Shown here in pieces: positions 1 to 13,200 of a DNA stretch of 64,000 nucleotides. Below the pieces are notes generated by a model. The model did not search any database and was not told the origin of the DNA. It saw only the letters and a program-made list of their open reading frames with translations. Origin of the DNA: Paragordius varius (lineage: Eukaryota; Animalia; Nematomorpha); the NCBI GenBank assembly GCA_964247055.1, contig OZ176052.1, positions 11,780,001 through 11,844,000 of the forward strand, in the 5' to 3' direction. A program made the translations under genes and the position numbers. Numbering within the stretch: position 1 is the stretch's first letter; each line of letters begins with the position of its first letter.

Positions 1-3000
1 TATTGAAAACCATGATACCTTGGATAAACGAATGAAGAAATCTCGGATAATTTCATGCATATTTAAAAGGATACCTTGGATAAACGCGCGAAGATATGTG
101 GGATAATTTTAAGGATACTGAAAACCATGATACCTTGGATAAACGGGTGAATATATCTCGGAGGGTATTTAGGATATTGAGAGCCATGGTACCTTGGATA
201 AACAGATGATGATATCTCGGAGGGTATTAAGGATATTGAAAACCGTGGTAGGTTGGATAAATGCGTTAAGATATCTCGGACAATTCAAAGGATACTGAAA
301 ATCATGATATCTTAGACAAACGGGTGAAATATCTCGGGGGATTTTAAGGATACTGAAAACCATGATACCTTGGATCGGGTGAAGATATCTCGGGGGATTT
401 TAGGATACTGAAAACCATGATACTTTAGATAAACGGGTGAATATATCTCGGAGGGTATTAAGGATATTGAAAACCGTGGTACCTTGGATAAACGCGTGAA
501 GATATATCAAATAATTTTAAGGATACAGGAAACCATGGTACCTTGGATAAACGGGTGAAGATATCTCGGGGGATTTTAGGATACTGAAAACCATGATACC
601 TTGGATCGGGTGAAGATATCTCGGAGGATTTTAAGGATATTGAAAACCATGATACCTTGGATAAACGGGTGAAGATATCTCGGGGGATTTTAAGGATACT
701 AAAAACCATGATACCTTGGATCGGGTGAAGATATCTCGAGGGATTTTAAGGATATTGAAAACCATGGTACCTTGGATAAACGGGTGAAGATATCTCGGGG
801 GATTTTAGGATACTGAAAACCATGATACCTTGGATAAACGGGTGAAGATATCTCGGGGGATTTTAGGATACTGAAAACCATGATACCTTGGATCGGGTGA
901 AGATATCTCGGGGGATTTTAAGGATATTGAAAACCATGGTACCTTGGATAAACGGGTGAAGATATATCGGGGGATTTTAGGATACTGAAAACCATGATAC
1001 CTTGGATAAACGGGTGAAGATATCTCGGGGGATTTTAGGATACTGAAAACCATGATACCTTAGATCGGGTGAAGACATCTCGGGGGATTTTAGGATACTG
1101 AAAACCATGATACCTTGGATCGGGTGAAGATATGTCGGGGGATTTTAGGATACTGAAAACCATGATACCTTGGATCGGGTGAAGATATCTCGGGGGATTT
1201 TAAGGATATTGAAAACCATGGTACCTTGGATAAACGGGTGAAGATATCTCGGGGGATTTTAGGATACTGAAAACCATGATACCTTGGATCGGGTGAAGAT
1301 ATCTCGGGGGATTTTAGGATACTGAAAACCATGATACCTTGGATCGGGTGAAGATATCTCGGGGGATTTTAGGATACTGAAAACCATGATACCTTGGATC
1401 GGGTGAAGATATCTCGGGGGATTTTAAGGATATTGAAAACCATGGTACCTTGGATAAACGGGTGAAGATATCTCGGGGGATTTTAGGATACTGAAAACCA
1501 TGATACCTTGGATCGGGTGAAGATATCTCGGGGGATTTTAAGGATATTGAAAACCATGATACCTTGGATCGGGTGAAGATATCTCGGGGGATTTTAGGAT
1601 ACTAAAAACCATGATACCTTGGATCGGGTGAAGATATCTCGGGGGATTTTAAGGATATTGAAAACCATGGTACCTTGGATAAACGGGTGAAGATATCTCG
1701 GGGGATTTTAGGATACTGAAAACCATGATACCTTGGATCGGGTGAAGATATCTCGGGGGATTTTAGGATACTGAAAACCATGATACCTTGAATCGGGTGA
1801 AGACATCTCGGGGGATTTTAGGATACTGAAAACCATGATACCTTGGATCGGGTGAAGATATCTCGGGGGATTTTAAGGATATTGAAAACCATGATACCTT
1901 GGATCGGGTGAAGATATCTCGGGGGATTTTAGGATACTGAAAACCATGATACCTTGGATCGGGTGAAGATATCTCGGGGGATTTTAGGATACTGAAAACC
2001 ATGATACCTTGGATCGGGTGAAGATATCTCGGGGGATTTTAAGGATATTGAAAACCATGATACCTTGGATCGGGTGAAGATATCTCGGGGGATTTCAAGG
2101 ATACTGAAAACCATGATACCTTGGATAAACGGGTGAAGATATCTCGGGGGATTTTAAGGATATTGAAAACCATGGTACCTTGGATAAACGGGTGAAGATA
2201 TCTCGGGGGATTTTAGGATACTGAAAACCATGATACCTTGGATAGGGTGAAGATATCTCGGGGGATTTTAAGGATACTGAAAACCATGATACCTTGGATC
2301 GGGTGAAGATATCCCGGGGGATTTTAAGGATACTGAAAACCATGATACCTTGGATAAACGGGTGAAGATATCTCGGGGGATTTTAAGGATATTGAAAACC
2401 ATGGTACCTTGGATAAACGGGTGAAGATATCTCGGGGGATTTTAGGATACTGAAAACCATGATACCTTGGATCGGGTGAAGATATCTCGGGGGATTTCAA
2501 GGATACTGAAAACCATGATACCTTGGATAAACGGGTGAAGATATCTCGGGGGATTTTAAGGATATTGAAAACCATGGTACCTTGGATAAACGGGTGAAGA
2601 TATCTCGGGGGATTTTAGGATACTGAAAACCATGATACCTTGGATAGGGTGAAGATATCTCGGGGGATTTTAAGGATACTGAAAACCATGATACCTTGGA
2701 TAAACGGGTGAAGATATCTCGGGGGATTTCAAGGATACTGAAAACCATGATACCTTGGATAAACGGGTGAAGATATCTCGGGGGATTTTAAGGATATTGA
2801 AAACCATGGTACCTTGGATAAACGGGTGAAGATATCTCGGGGGATTTTAAGGATACTGAAAACCATGATACCTTGGATCGGGTGAAGATATCTCGGGGGA
2901 TTTCAAGAATACTGAAAACCATGATACCTTGGATAAACGGGTGAAGATATCTCGGGGGATTTTAAGGATATTGAAAACCATGGTACCTTGGATAAACGGG

Positions 3001-6000
3001 TGAAGATATCTCGGGGGATTTCAAGGATACTGAAAACCATGATACCTTGGATAAACGGGTGAAGATATCTCGGGGGATTTTAAGGATATTGAAAACCATG
3101 GTACCTTGGATAAACGGGTGAAGATATCTCGGGGGATTTTAGGATACTGAAAACCATGATACCTTGGATCGGGTGAAGATATCTCGGGGGATTTTAGGAT
3201 ACTGAAAACCATGATACCTTGGATCGGGTGAAGATATCTCGGGGGATTTTAGAATACTGAAAACCATGATACCTTGGATCGGGTGAAGATATCTCGGGGG
3301 ATTTTAAGGATATTGAAAACCATGATCCCTTGGATCGGGTGAAGATATCTCGGGGGATTTTAAGGATACTAAAAACCATGATACCTTGGATAAACGGGTG
3401 AAGATATCTCGGGGGATTTTAAGGATATTGAAAACCATGATACCTTGGATCGGGTGAAGATATCTCGGGGGATTTTAAGGATATTGAAAACCATGATACC
3501 TTGGATCGGGTGAAGATATCTCGGGGGATTTTAAGGATATTGAAAACCATGATACCTTGGATCGGGTGAAGATATCTCGGGGGATTTTAAGGATACTAAA
3601 AACCATGATACCTTGGATAAACGGGTGAAGATATCTCGGGGGATTTTAAGGATATTGAAAACCATGATACCTTGGATCGGGTGAAGATATCTCGGGAGAT
3701 TTTAGGATACTGAAAACCATGATACCTTGGATCGGGTGAAGATATCTCGGGGGATTTTAGGATATTGAAAACCATGATACCTTGGATCGGGTGAAGATAT
3801 CTCGGGGGATTTTAAGGATACTAAAAACCATGATACCTTGGATCGGGTGAAGATATCTCGGGGGATTTTAGGATACTGAAAACCATGATACCTTAGATCG
3901 GGTGAAGATATCTCGGGGGATTTTAGGATACTGAAAACCATGATACCTTGGATCGGGTGAAGATATCTCGGGGATTTTAAGGATATTGAAAACCATGATA
4001 CCTTGGATCGGGTGAAGATATCTCGGGGGATTTTAGGATACTGAAAACCATGATACCTTGGATCGGGTGAAGATATCTCGGGGGATTTTAGGATACTGAA
4101 AACCATGATACCTAGGATCGGGTGAAGATATCTCGGGGGATTTTAAGGATATTGAAAACCATGATACCTTGGATCGGGTGAAGATATCTCGGGGGATTTT
4201 AGGATATTGAAAACCATGATACCTTGGATCGGGTGAAGATATCTCGGGGGATTTTAAGGATACTAAAAACCATGATACCTTGGATAAACGGGTGAAGATA
4301 TCTCGGGGGATTTTAAGGATACTAAAAACCATGATACCTTGGATAAACGGGTGAAGATATCTCGGGGGATTTTAAGGATATTGAAAACCATGATACCTTG
4401 GATCGGGTGAAGATATCTCGGGGGATTTTAGGATACTGAAAACCATGATACCTTGGATCGGGTGAAGATATCTCGGGGGATTTTAGGATACTGAAAACCA
4501 TGATACCTTGGATCGGGTGAAGATATCTCGGGGATTTTAAGGATATTGAAAACCATGATACCTTGGATCGGGTGAAGATATCTCGGGGGATTTTAGGATA
4601 CTGAAAACCATGATACCTTGGATCGGGTGAAGATATCTCGGGGGATTTTAGGATACTGAAAACCATGATACCTAGGATCGGGTGAAGATATCTCGGGGGA
4701 TTTTAAGGATATTGAAAACCATGATACCTTGGATCGGGTGAAGATATCTCGGGGGATTTTAGGATATTGAAAACCATGATACCTTGGATCGGGTGAAGAT
4801 ATCTCGGGGGATTTTAAGGATACTAAAAACCATGATACCTTGGATAAACGGGTGAAGATATCTCGGGGGATTTTAAGGATACTAAAAACCATGATACCTT
4901 GGATAAACGGGTGAAGATATCTCGGGGGATTTTAAGGATATTGAAAACCATGATACCTTGGATCGGGTGAAGATATCTCGGGGGATTTTAGGATACTGAA
5001 AACCATGATACCTTGGATCGGGTGAAGATATCTCGGGGGATTTTAAGGATATTGAAAACCATGATACCTTGGATCGGGTGAAGATATCTCGGGGGATTTT
5101 AGGATACTGAAAACCATGATACCTTGGATCGGGTGAAGATATCTCGGGGGATTTTAAGGATACTAAAAACCATGATACCTTGGATAAACGGGTGAAGATA
5201 TCTCGGGGGATTTTAGGATACTGAAAACCATGATACCTTGGATCGGGTGAAGATATCTCGGGGGATTTTAGGATACTGAAAACCATGATACCTTGGATCG
5301 GGTGAAGATATCTCGGGGGATTTTAAGGATATTGAAAACCATGATACCTTGGATCGGGTGAAGATATCTCGGGGGATTTTAGGATACTGAAAACCATGAT
5401 ACCTTGGATCGGGTGAAGATATCTCGGGGGATTTTAGGATACTGAAAACCATGATACCTTGGATCGGGTGAAGATATCTCGGGGGATTTTAAGGATATTG
5501 AAAACCATGATACCTTGGATCGGGTGAAGATATCTCGGGGGATTTTAGGATATTGAAAACCATGATACCTTGGATCGGGTGAAGATATCTCGGGGGATTT
5601 TAGGATACTGAAAACCATGATACCTTGGATCGGGTGAAGATATCTCGGGGGATTTTAAGGATACTAAAAACCATGATACCTTGGATAAACGGGTGAAGAT
5701 ATCTCGGGGGATTTTAGGATACTGAAAACCATGATACCTTGGATCGGGTGAAGATATCTCGGGGGATTTTAGGATACTGAAAACCATGATACCTTGGATC
5801 GGGTGAAGATATCTCGGGGGATTTTAGGATACTGAAAACCATGATACCTTGGATCGGGTGAAGATATCTCGGGGGATTTTAAGGATACTAAAAACCATGA
5901 TACCTTGGATAAACGGGTGAAGATATCTCGGGGGATTTTAAGGATATTGAAAACCATGATACCTTGGATCGGGTGAAGATATCTCGGGGGATTTTAGGAT

Positions 6001-6530
6001 ACTGAAAACCATGATACCTTGGATCGGGTGAAGATATCTCGGGGGATTTTAGGATACTGAAAACCATGATACCTTGGATCGGGTGAAGATATCTCGGGGG
6101 ATTTTAAGGATATTGAAAACCATGATACCTTGGATCGGGTGAAGATATCTCGGGGGATTTTAAGGATATTGAAAACCATGGTACCTTGGATAAACGGGTG
6201 AAGATATCTCGGGGGATTTTAAGGATACTGAAAACCATGATACTTTGGATAAACGGGTGAAGATATATCGGATAATTTTAGAGAAATTGAAAACTGGTAC
6301 TCGGATAAGATGAAGATATCTCGGAGGATATTAAAGATATTGAAAACCGTGGTACCTTAGATAAACGGATGAAGATATCTCGGAGGATTTCACATAAATT
6401 AAAAACTGTGGTACCTTGGCTAAACGGGTGATTATATTGCGGATAGAATCAGGGATATTCAAAACCCTGATACCTCGGATAATAGGGAGAAGATTTGGAG
6501 GATTTAAAAGATATTGAAAACCCAGAGAAT
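1..6530. repeat. Tandem satellite array, ~55-59 bp monomer (consensus ttttaggatactgaaaaccatgataccttggatcgggtgaagatatctcggggga), well over 100 copies
   Basis: Monomer read directly. Length variants: tttta/ttttaa (+1) and ggatcggg/ggataaacggg (+3). The consensus is 24/55 G+C, well above the flanks, and G-rich on the + strand. The core is homogeneous; copies are diverged at ~1-560 and ~6240-6530. Confidence 0.98.
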
Positions 6531-7637
6531 ATTATTTAACATGACGAGATTAAATATAAAAACTAAAATTAAATAAAATAAACACATAAATAACTCGACT
6601 AAATAAGATTATCCAACACTAATATAATCAAACTCATAAAAACATAACATAACTGAAAAACGCACACGCTTTTTTATGGATTGCATATCTCTTTACAACG
6701 CATTAAAAGACTCATAAAATCTAAAAAACTGTCCTATCAATCGTTAATGGATGTTAATGACAATAAACCACCATTCGGACCTAATAAATTGCGATATCTA
6801 AAAATGTTTTGATATTATGTTGATTTTATATGGATTTGATGATATATTTTTGTTATATTTTTTGGATTTACCAAAAAAATTTTTTTGCCATTTATTAATA
6901 AGAACCACTTCCCGCAAAAGTGTAAATAACTCTGTTAATAAACACTTAAGGGTCAAAACCAAAGGCACCATGAAAATTCTGATCATTCTCTCAGAATCTA
7001 TATATTGTATCATTCCCCGATCTCAGACACTAAGTAATTGTATCATCATATAATATCCTTTTTACCTTTAATCTCAAGTTCTAAATTGTGATACGACCAA
7101 CAAACGTTACGACATTTTAATTTTAAGATCAATAAGTGCCCAAAATAAGCTAGTAAAATACATGAATATTAAGTAAATCATTTACATATTTATACCATAA
7201 TATGCCTTTATTTGCTAAATATTAATCTAAAAGATCCAAAAAAACGACAACGAAGAAGTTTAAGATGATTGTTTTTAACGTTCATTGTTTTTTGAAGTGT
7301 GCGTTGAAAGGCTAAACATATTATATTTTTAAGTTAATTTTTTCGACTTATGGTATTCGAATTTCAGATCTGGTGCATTATATCCCAAAAAAGTGATACT
7401 TTAACATTTTATATCCCTATTCAAAGTATCAGGCCCAAATTAATATGTTTACCGTTTTCGACGCATGCTACTAAAAAAAATTTGAATGAATGTAAAACTT
7501 TTAAATTCTCATCTCAAACTTTTTGGCCGCCATATTTTTTATTTTTTTTTAAATCGTTGATACTACCGGCAAATAAACATATATTACACAGTGCAAAACA
7601 AGAAATTATGGATATATTCTGATAGGAAAATGTATCA

Positions 7638-8521
7638 AAATTATCATGGTTCTTTTGATTTTGGCCCTTGCTCCATATGAGAAAATGGCGAAATTTGAGC
7701 TTATTTTTTTGATTTTTTTGGTGAAAGCTAGAGGCTTCATTCCAAAAAATATCAATAAAATAAATAATTAATTACATATAAAAAGCAAAACAATATTTTG
7801 TAAAAATTTAATTTATAGATGTGGGCTCTGAAAGTCTTCCCAAATGCATACGTTGAAAAATTTCATTTTTACCAAATTTTAGTCATGCTGGAAACGGTTT
7901 AAAATATTAAAAAATAACTTTTTTATATAATTTTATAATGCTGATATTTCTTGCAAATATGAATATAAAGGTCCAATTTGCAAATTTAGTGAATTTTGTA
8001 AAAAAACACATTACGCTTTAATATAAATGTTAAGACAAACGAATATACTGAATTCTGAAATTAAAATGATCAGCACATCGAATTAGGCAAAAAAAGTGTT
8101 TTTATATTTTATAGTGGCTTTTAACCCGTTTACATCATAACTCAAGAGAGTACGAAGTATGCCAAAATCTTGCTAAAAGCTAGTTGATATCAAAAATATA
8201 TTTAGAAATTTATCAAGCATTCCCGACTTAACGTTATTTTAAGAGGACTAGCTCATTTTAGAAGAGCGAAAAAAATTGGGCTAGAGGAGCCCATATCTAA
8301 AAATTAAATTTTTTGTGAAGAGATTGTTTTACTTTTTATATGTAGTTTATAATATAATTAATGATATTTTATGGAATAAAGCCTCTAGCTTTTACAAAAA
8401 AAATTATATAAAAAAAATGTGCGCAAATTTTGTCACTTTCTGATATGGAGCACCTACCACAAAAGTGCAAATAACTTGATTGACACACTCGAAACCAAAA
8501 CCAAAAGCACCGTGATAATCC
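7638..8521. mobile_element. Degenerate non-autonomous element with long imperfect terminal inverted repeats (MITE-like)
   Basis: ~7640-7830 (catggttcttttgattttggccc...aaagctagaggcttcattcc...tagatgtgggctc) is the inverted complement of ~8287-8521 (gagcccatatcta...ggaataaagcctctagcttt...ccaaaaccaaaagcaccgtg). Related arm fragments lie at ~6900-6985, ~18290-18440 and ~19130-19170. Confidence 0.65.
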
Positions 8522-8650
8522 AGATACATTTTCCTATCAGAATATATTTCACAAGGTTCCCCCGATTTTAGGGAATTATTATGGGCAAAAAAGGACATAA
8601 TTAACACGTCATTATGTTAAGGAATAGTTTTATATCTAAGAACGACTTTT

Positions 8651-9380
8651 GAATATCTTAAAAGGTTTTTAAGGTATTCAGCCGAAATGAAAAATATGCT
8701 ATCTTTAGCCTTTTAAGCGCATTATGCAAAAAAAATTAAAATGAAAAATAAAACTACTCATCACTCTATAATGTTTTTAAATCGCTAATGTAAATAGGTA
8801 AATAAAAGTATAATATGAAAATGTAATTTAACTTTAAGATTTCAGGCCACACACGCAAAATCTTAATATCTTTCAAATTTAATATCAGCTGTTTGTTTCA
8901 ATCGTGTTTGAGAGCTATTCCAATTTTAGACTCCAGTTGTCACAAAACTATAAAAATTATAAGCTTTTTATGAATTAAATAAGAATAATATTTTATAATA
9001 CAATTTCAATTAACACCCCATCTTATGGATTAGTTTCATATCCCAAAGTGTTTTAGAAATTTTAATATCTTAAAAGGTATTTAAGCTATTCAGCCGAATT
9101 GAAAAATATGCTATCTTTAGCCTTTTAGGCGCATTATGCAAAAAAATTTTATAATAAAAAATTGTAAAAAATTTCTCATCTCTAACTTTTTGCCGCCATT
9201 TTTTCTATAATTTTTTTTTAAATCGCTAATGCAAACAGGTAAATAAAATTATAATATAATTAAAAATGTAAATAATTAACTTTAAGCTTTCAAGTAACAC
9301 GAGCGAAAACTTGATATTAATTTTAATATCATCTGTTCCTTTCAATCGTCTTTGGAAGCTGTCCAAATTTTGACTCTATA
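8651..9380. repeat. Two diverged tandem copies (~412 bp period) of a dispersed repeat family
   Basis: aatatcttaaaagg...cagccgaa...gaaaaatatgctatctttagcctttta..gcgcattatgcaaaaa occurs at ~8652 and ~9064. Related pieces are at ~7480-7570, ~9680-9890, ~41290-41980, ~47340-47410 and ~58760-58870. Confidence 0.7.
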
Positions 9381-9984
9381 TATATATATATATACAAGAG
9401 AATATTGTTCGATAAATAAATTATAACTAAAATTACTTTCATAACTGTTGTTTAATTACATGGGCTCAGGGATATAAAACTACCCCAAAATGTAAATTAC
9501 TTTAAAGTGAAAAGGTAATGAAGTGTTAAAATAACATTCCAAACTGTAGTTTGTTCATAATTAAACTCTGGACTAAAAGCACATGCATAAAAATGTAAAA
9601 TGTAATGAAGTGTTAACTTTAAATAGCGTTTAGATATTTTATATACTTAACATATGGATTTTTACCAGTTGTTAAATTAAATTTTGATTTGGAGCTGTCC
9701 TAATTTTGCTTAGAGAAGTAATTAAACTGAAAAAATATATGCTTTTTTGTTTTATAATAAAAATGCGTGATTAAATTTTCACCAAAAAACTTTTAAAAAA
9801 GCAGTCTATTTACAAAATTAAGCTCTAAGATACAAAACTTCTCCGTCATCATGGACAAAAAAAATGATGAAGTATTACTAAGCATTTTGTATATAGATGT
9901 TCTCAATAACACACGTTTTTTCTATATACATGGGTTAATTTAAACTTTTTCAATGGATTTCAATTAGTTTCCAGGACTTTAGAA

Positions 9985-10032
<48 letters not shown>

Positions 10033-10291
10033 CTACATCTACCGTGATGTGATTGATGAATCTAATAAGACAAAATTCGCGCTACTATCACAAATAATTC
10101 AAAAAATGTTTTTTTAACGGTTTTAACTAAGATCTACCGAATTAATTGTCTCAACTATATATTAATTATATATTTATATTTAAAAATTTTAGGGTCCAAC
10201 AAAATTTTTTATTCATAAATATTTTCCTGATCCTTTACATGCTAACATGTGGATAGAGCCGCGTTCATAAAACCATATATTGCACGTGGAG

Positions 10292-13200
10292 ATGCTCTTG
10301 CTGCTCCTAATATTATTTAATATCCTCTTCAGGTGGATGATTTCGCTTAATTCCTACTCAGGTAATTATTTATCAACTTTAAGGTTATAACAATCCACCA
10401 ATGTTTGGTGATTACGAGGCACAAAGACATTGGATGGAAATAACATTTAATATACCCATAAAAGAATGGTATCCATATAAATGATAAAATATAGGTATTT
10501 AAACACAACTTCAAACGATTTGCTTTATTGGGGCCTAGATTATCCTCCTTTAACAGCTTATCATAGTTATATGATGGGGAAAATGTATAATTTATTATAT
10601 TTTAGAGTTAACATTATAAAGCCACAATGGAATTTGTTATATACTTCTCGAGGCTTAACTGATCCTAATCACAAACTGTTTATGCGATCGACAGGTAAAT
10701 ATATAAACCTGATATCAGTGTTAATATCCGATCTGTTTATATTTTTTAGCGCTATTTGGTTTTATTGGAAAAAATGCAGCTTTCAAAGCCAATGGGTTAC
10801 ATCACTCTTTAATATTTAGAAAATGTATATGTTACTTTCTTTAATGTATCCCGGCCTAGTTTTGATCGATCATGGCCATTTTCAGTAAGTGAAAAATTTT
10901 ATTTTTATTTAGTATTTTGTCGATTACCAAACCGGATAACGTTATATTATTTATGGAATATTTTCAAGTTAAAATAAATGATAGTTTTTTGTGCATATAC
11001 ATGTATGTTCTTGTATCAAAACCTTAGTAAATTTTCTCAAATAATTTTTTTAACCGGGCCGCGTTTAAAAACAGTTAATAGATTTTTGTTAATAATGCAA
11101 TATCATCACAACGTCCTGTATTATTTTATTGAAATTTACGAAATTTTTAAACTTTATTCAAAAATTTAATATAATTAAGGTTATATTTATGGGTTTACAA
11201 TTTATCCCACAAAAGTCATTTAAGTTATATAATTAAAGCTATATACATATAATTTATGGATAGGTATAATTGTGTTAGCCTTGGTTTATTTGTTTGGTGC
11301 TTTGCAATGATAAGCCAAAAAAGCTATGTTACCTCAGCAATATGTTTTGTCTTAGCGCTTAATTACAAACAAATGGAACTTTATCACGCTTTACCCATTT
11401 TTGCTTATTTGTTGGGTCAATGTTTTTACAAGCCCAGCGAATCTCCTAAGTAAGATTTATAGATAAATATTAGTAATTTTTTTATATAATTCACTTTAAA
11501 AACATTTAGTTTTTTCAAAAAAAACTATGGTTTTTGTTGTGTTTTTTTAAAACTAATTTTATTATTTTATATTAAGCGATTACAATGGAGACAGGAAAAG
11601 GGGAATCAAGTATGCCATTAGACATATTATTTATCCAATATTTATTATTACTTTACTTTTGTTATTATAACTCTTTAAAAAGTTATTTTAATGATTAGTC
11701 ATCTTTCAGATTATTTTAATTATATATATATATATATATATATGTTTTGGGTATATATGGAAATTTTTATAAAAATATTTTTATTTATCATTTTAATTAA
11801 TTCTAACTACTTTGTGGTTATTTTTGTAAGAATAAATATAATTTTAATTTGTTAAATTTAATTTTTTTTCAAAAATACATCATACTTTTAAATTCAATAA
11901 TATTATACATTAAATTTAAATACAGCCTATTATTGTTTATGCGTATTTCGATTGCGACAATTGTTGCATTCATTGTATGTTGGTATCCTTTTATTTGGCA
12001 AAAAGATGTGTTTTATGCCGTCTTACAGCGCCTTTTCCCGTTCAATCGTGGCCTTTATGAAGTATTTTGCACTTATTTATCATATTAAATCTTGATTTTT
12101 TAATTTTTTTAAAATAAATTAAATGAGTTAAAATACTTGTAAAAATTTACTTACTATAATATAGGATAAAGTTTCAAATTTTTGGTGCTCCCTATCTCCT
12201 TTCATCAAATTCAAAGCTATTTTTGATCAACAAACACTGATATACTTAAGGTATTTATTTTTCTAATATACAGTCTAAGATTTAAAGAAAAGCTTTTTAC
12301 GGCTATTAATTTTGTTAATTAAGTTTGATCATAATATAATTATTTACTTTGAAACATAATTGGTTATATTTTTTCGCAATCAATTAGTTCCGGATTGACG
12401 TTATGTGGCTCCCTACCATCCTTTTTGTTGTGTCTTAAAAAACCGCAAATGCATACACTAAAATTGGCATTGGTAAACATTGGAATATTTTGATATAAGC
12501 TTTGTTTTTTTTCTAAAAAAACTGTAATTTTTTACTTTATTAATATTTAATGATTTATTAAATTTAGATCAATGTCTCACTATCCTTCTTCCTATTCAGT
12601 TTTCAGGTCCATGAAAAAAGCATTTTACTAGTCGCTATGTAAGTTATTAATAAAATTCAACGATTTTTAATTCAAAATTATATATATTCACCGAATCTAA
12701 AATATCGATTGCTCTTATATTTGTGTACCGAATTTTTCAATACGATAATAAACTAAATTAAGTTTTTATTGGATTGATATTTATTTTGTTTGATTATGAT
12801 TTAATATTATGTTTAAACCCTTTTTATTTTAATAAGTAACTCAATATATCTTAAATTTACAGTTTATATTGTATTATGATAATATATAAAATACGCTCAT
12901 TAAAATTTGAAAATATGGTGAATAAAAGAATTAAAAATAAAGAAATTCAGTTCTTTACTATTAATTAAATTTAATTTGCGTAATTTTTAAGATACTTCTT
13001 GCGATTATATAAAGAAACTGAATTAAGATAGGTTATATGAGATATAAATATTAATTTATATTTTTTAAATTTATATTATTATTTTAAAAAGTCAGAATGT
13101 TTTAATGTATGTTTGTTTAAAATTATTTAAATTAATAATCAACTTATTCTGTTTTTATTAAACTATTTGTGGTAGTCTTTAAAAAGGGAACATTACACAA

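Noticed and set aside
169-6179. Dozens of minus-strand ORFs (MVFSILKSPEISSPDPRYHGFQYPKIPRD...)
   Set aside because: These are translations of the 55-59 bp satellite with frame-shifting monomer lengths. There is no evidence of a real protein.
1-6530. CRISPR-like appearance of the array
   Set aside because: There are no unique spacers, the monomers are contiguous, and the context is eukaryotic with no cas genes.
10193-10270. 25-codon open frame (GPTKFFIHKYFPDPLHANMWIEPRS*) after an acceptor-like ttttag, ending 21 nt before the ALG6 ATG
   Set aside because: No recognisable homology and no upstream exons were found. It is more simply ALG6 5'UTR after a possible UTR intron.
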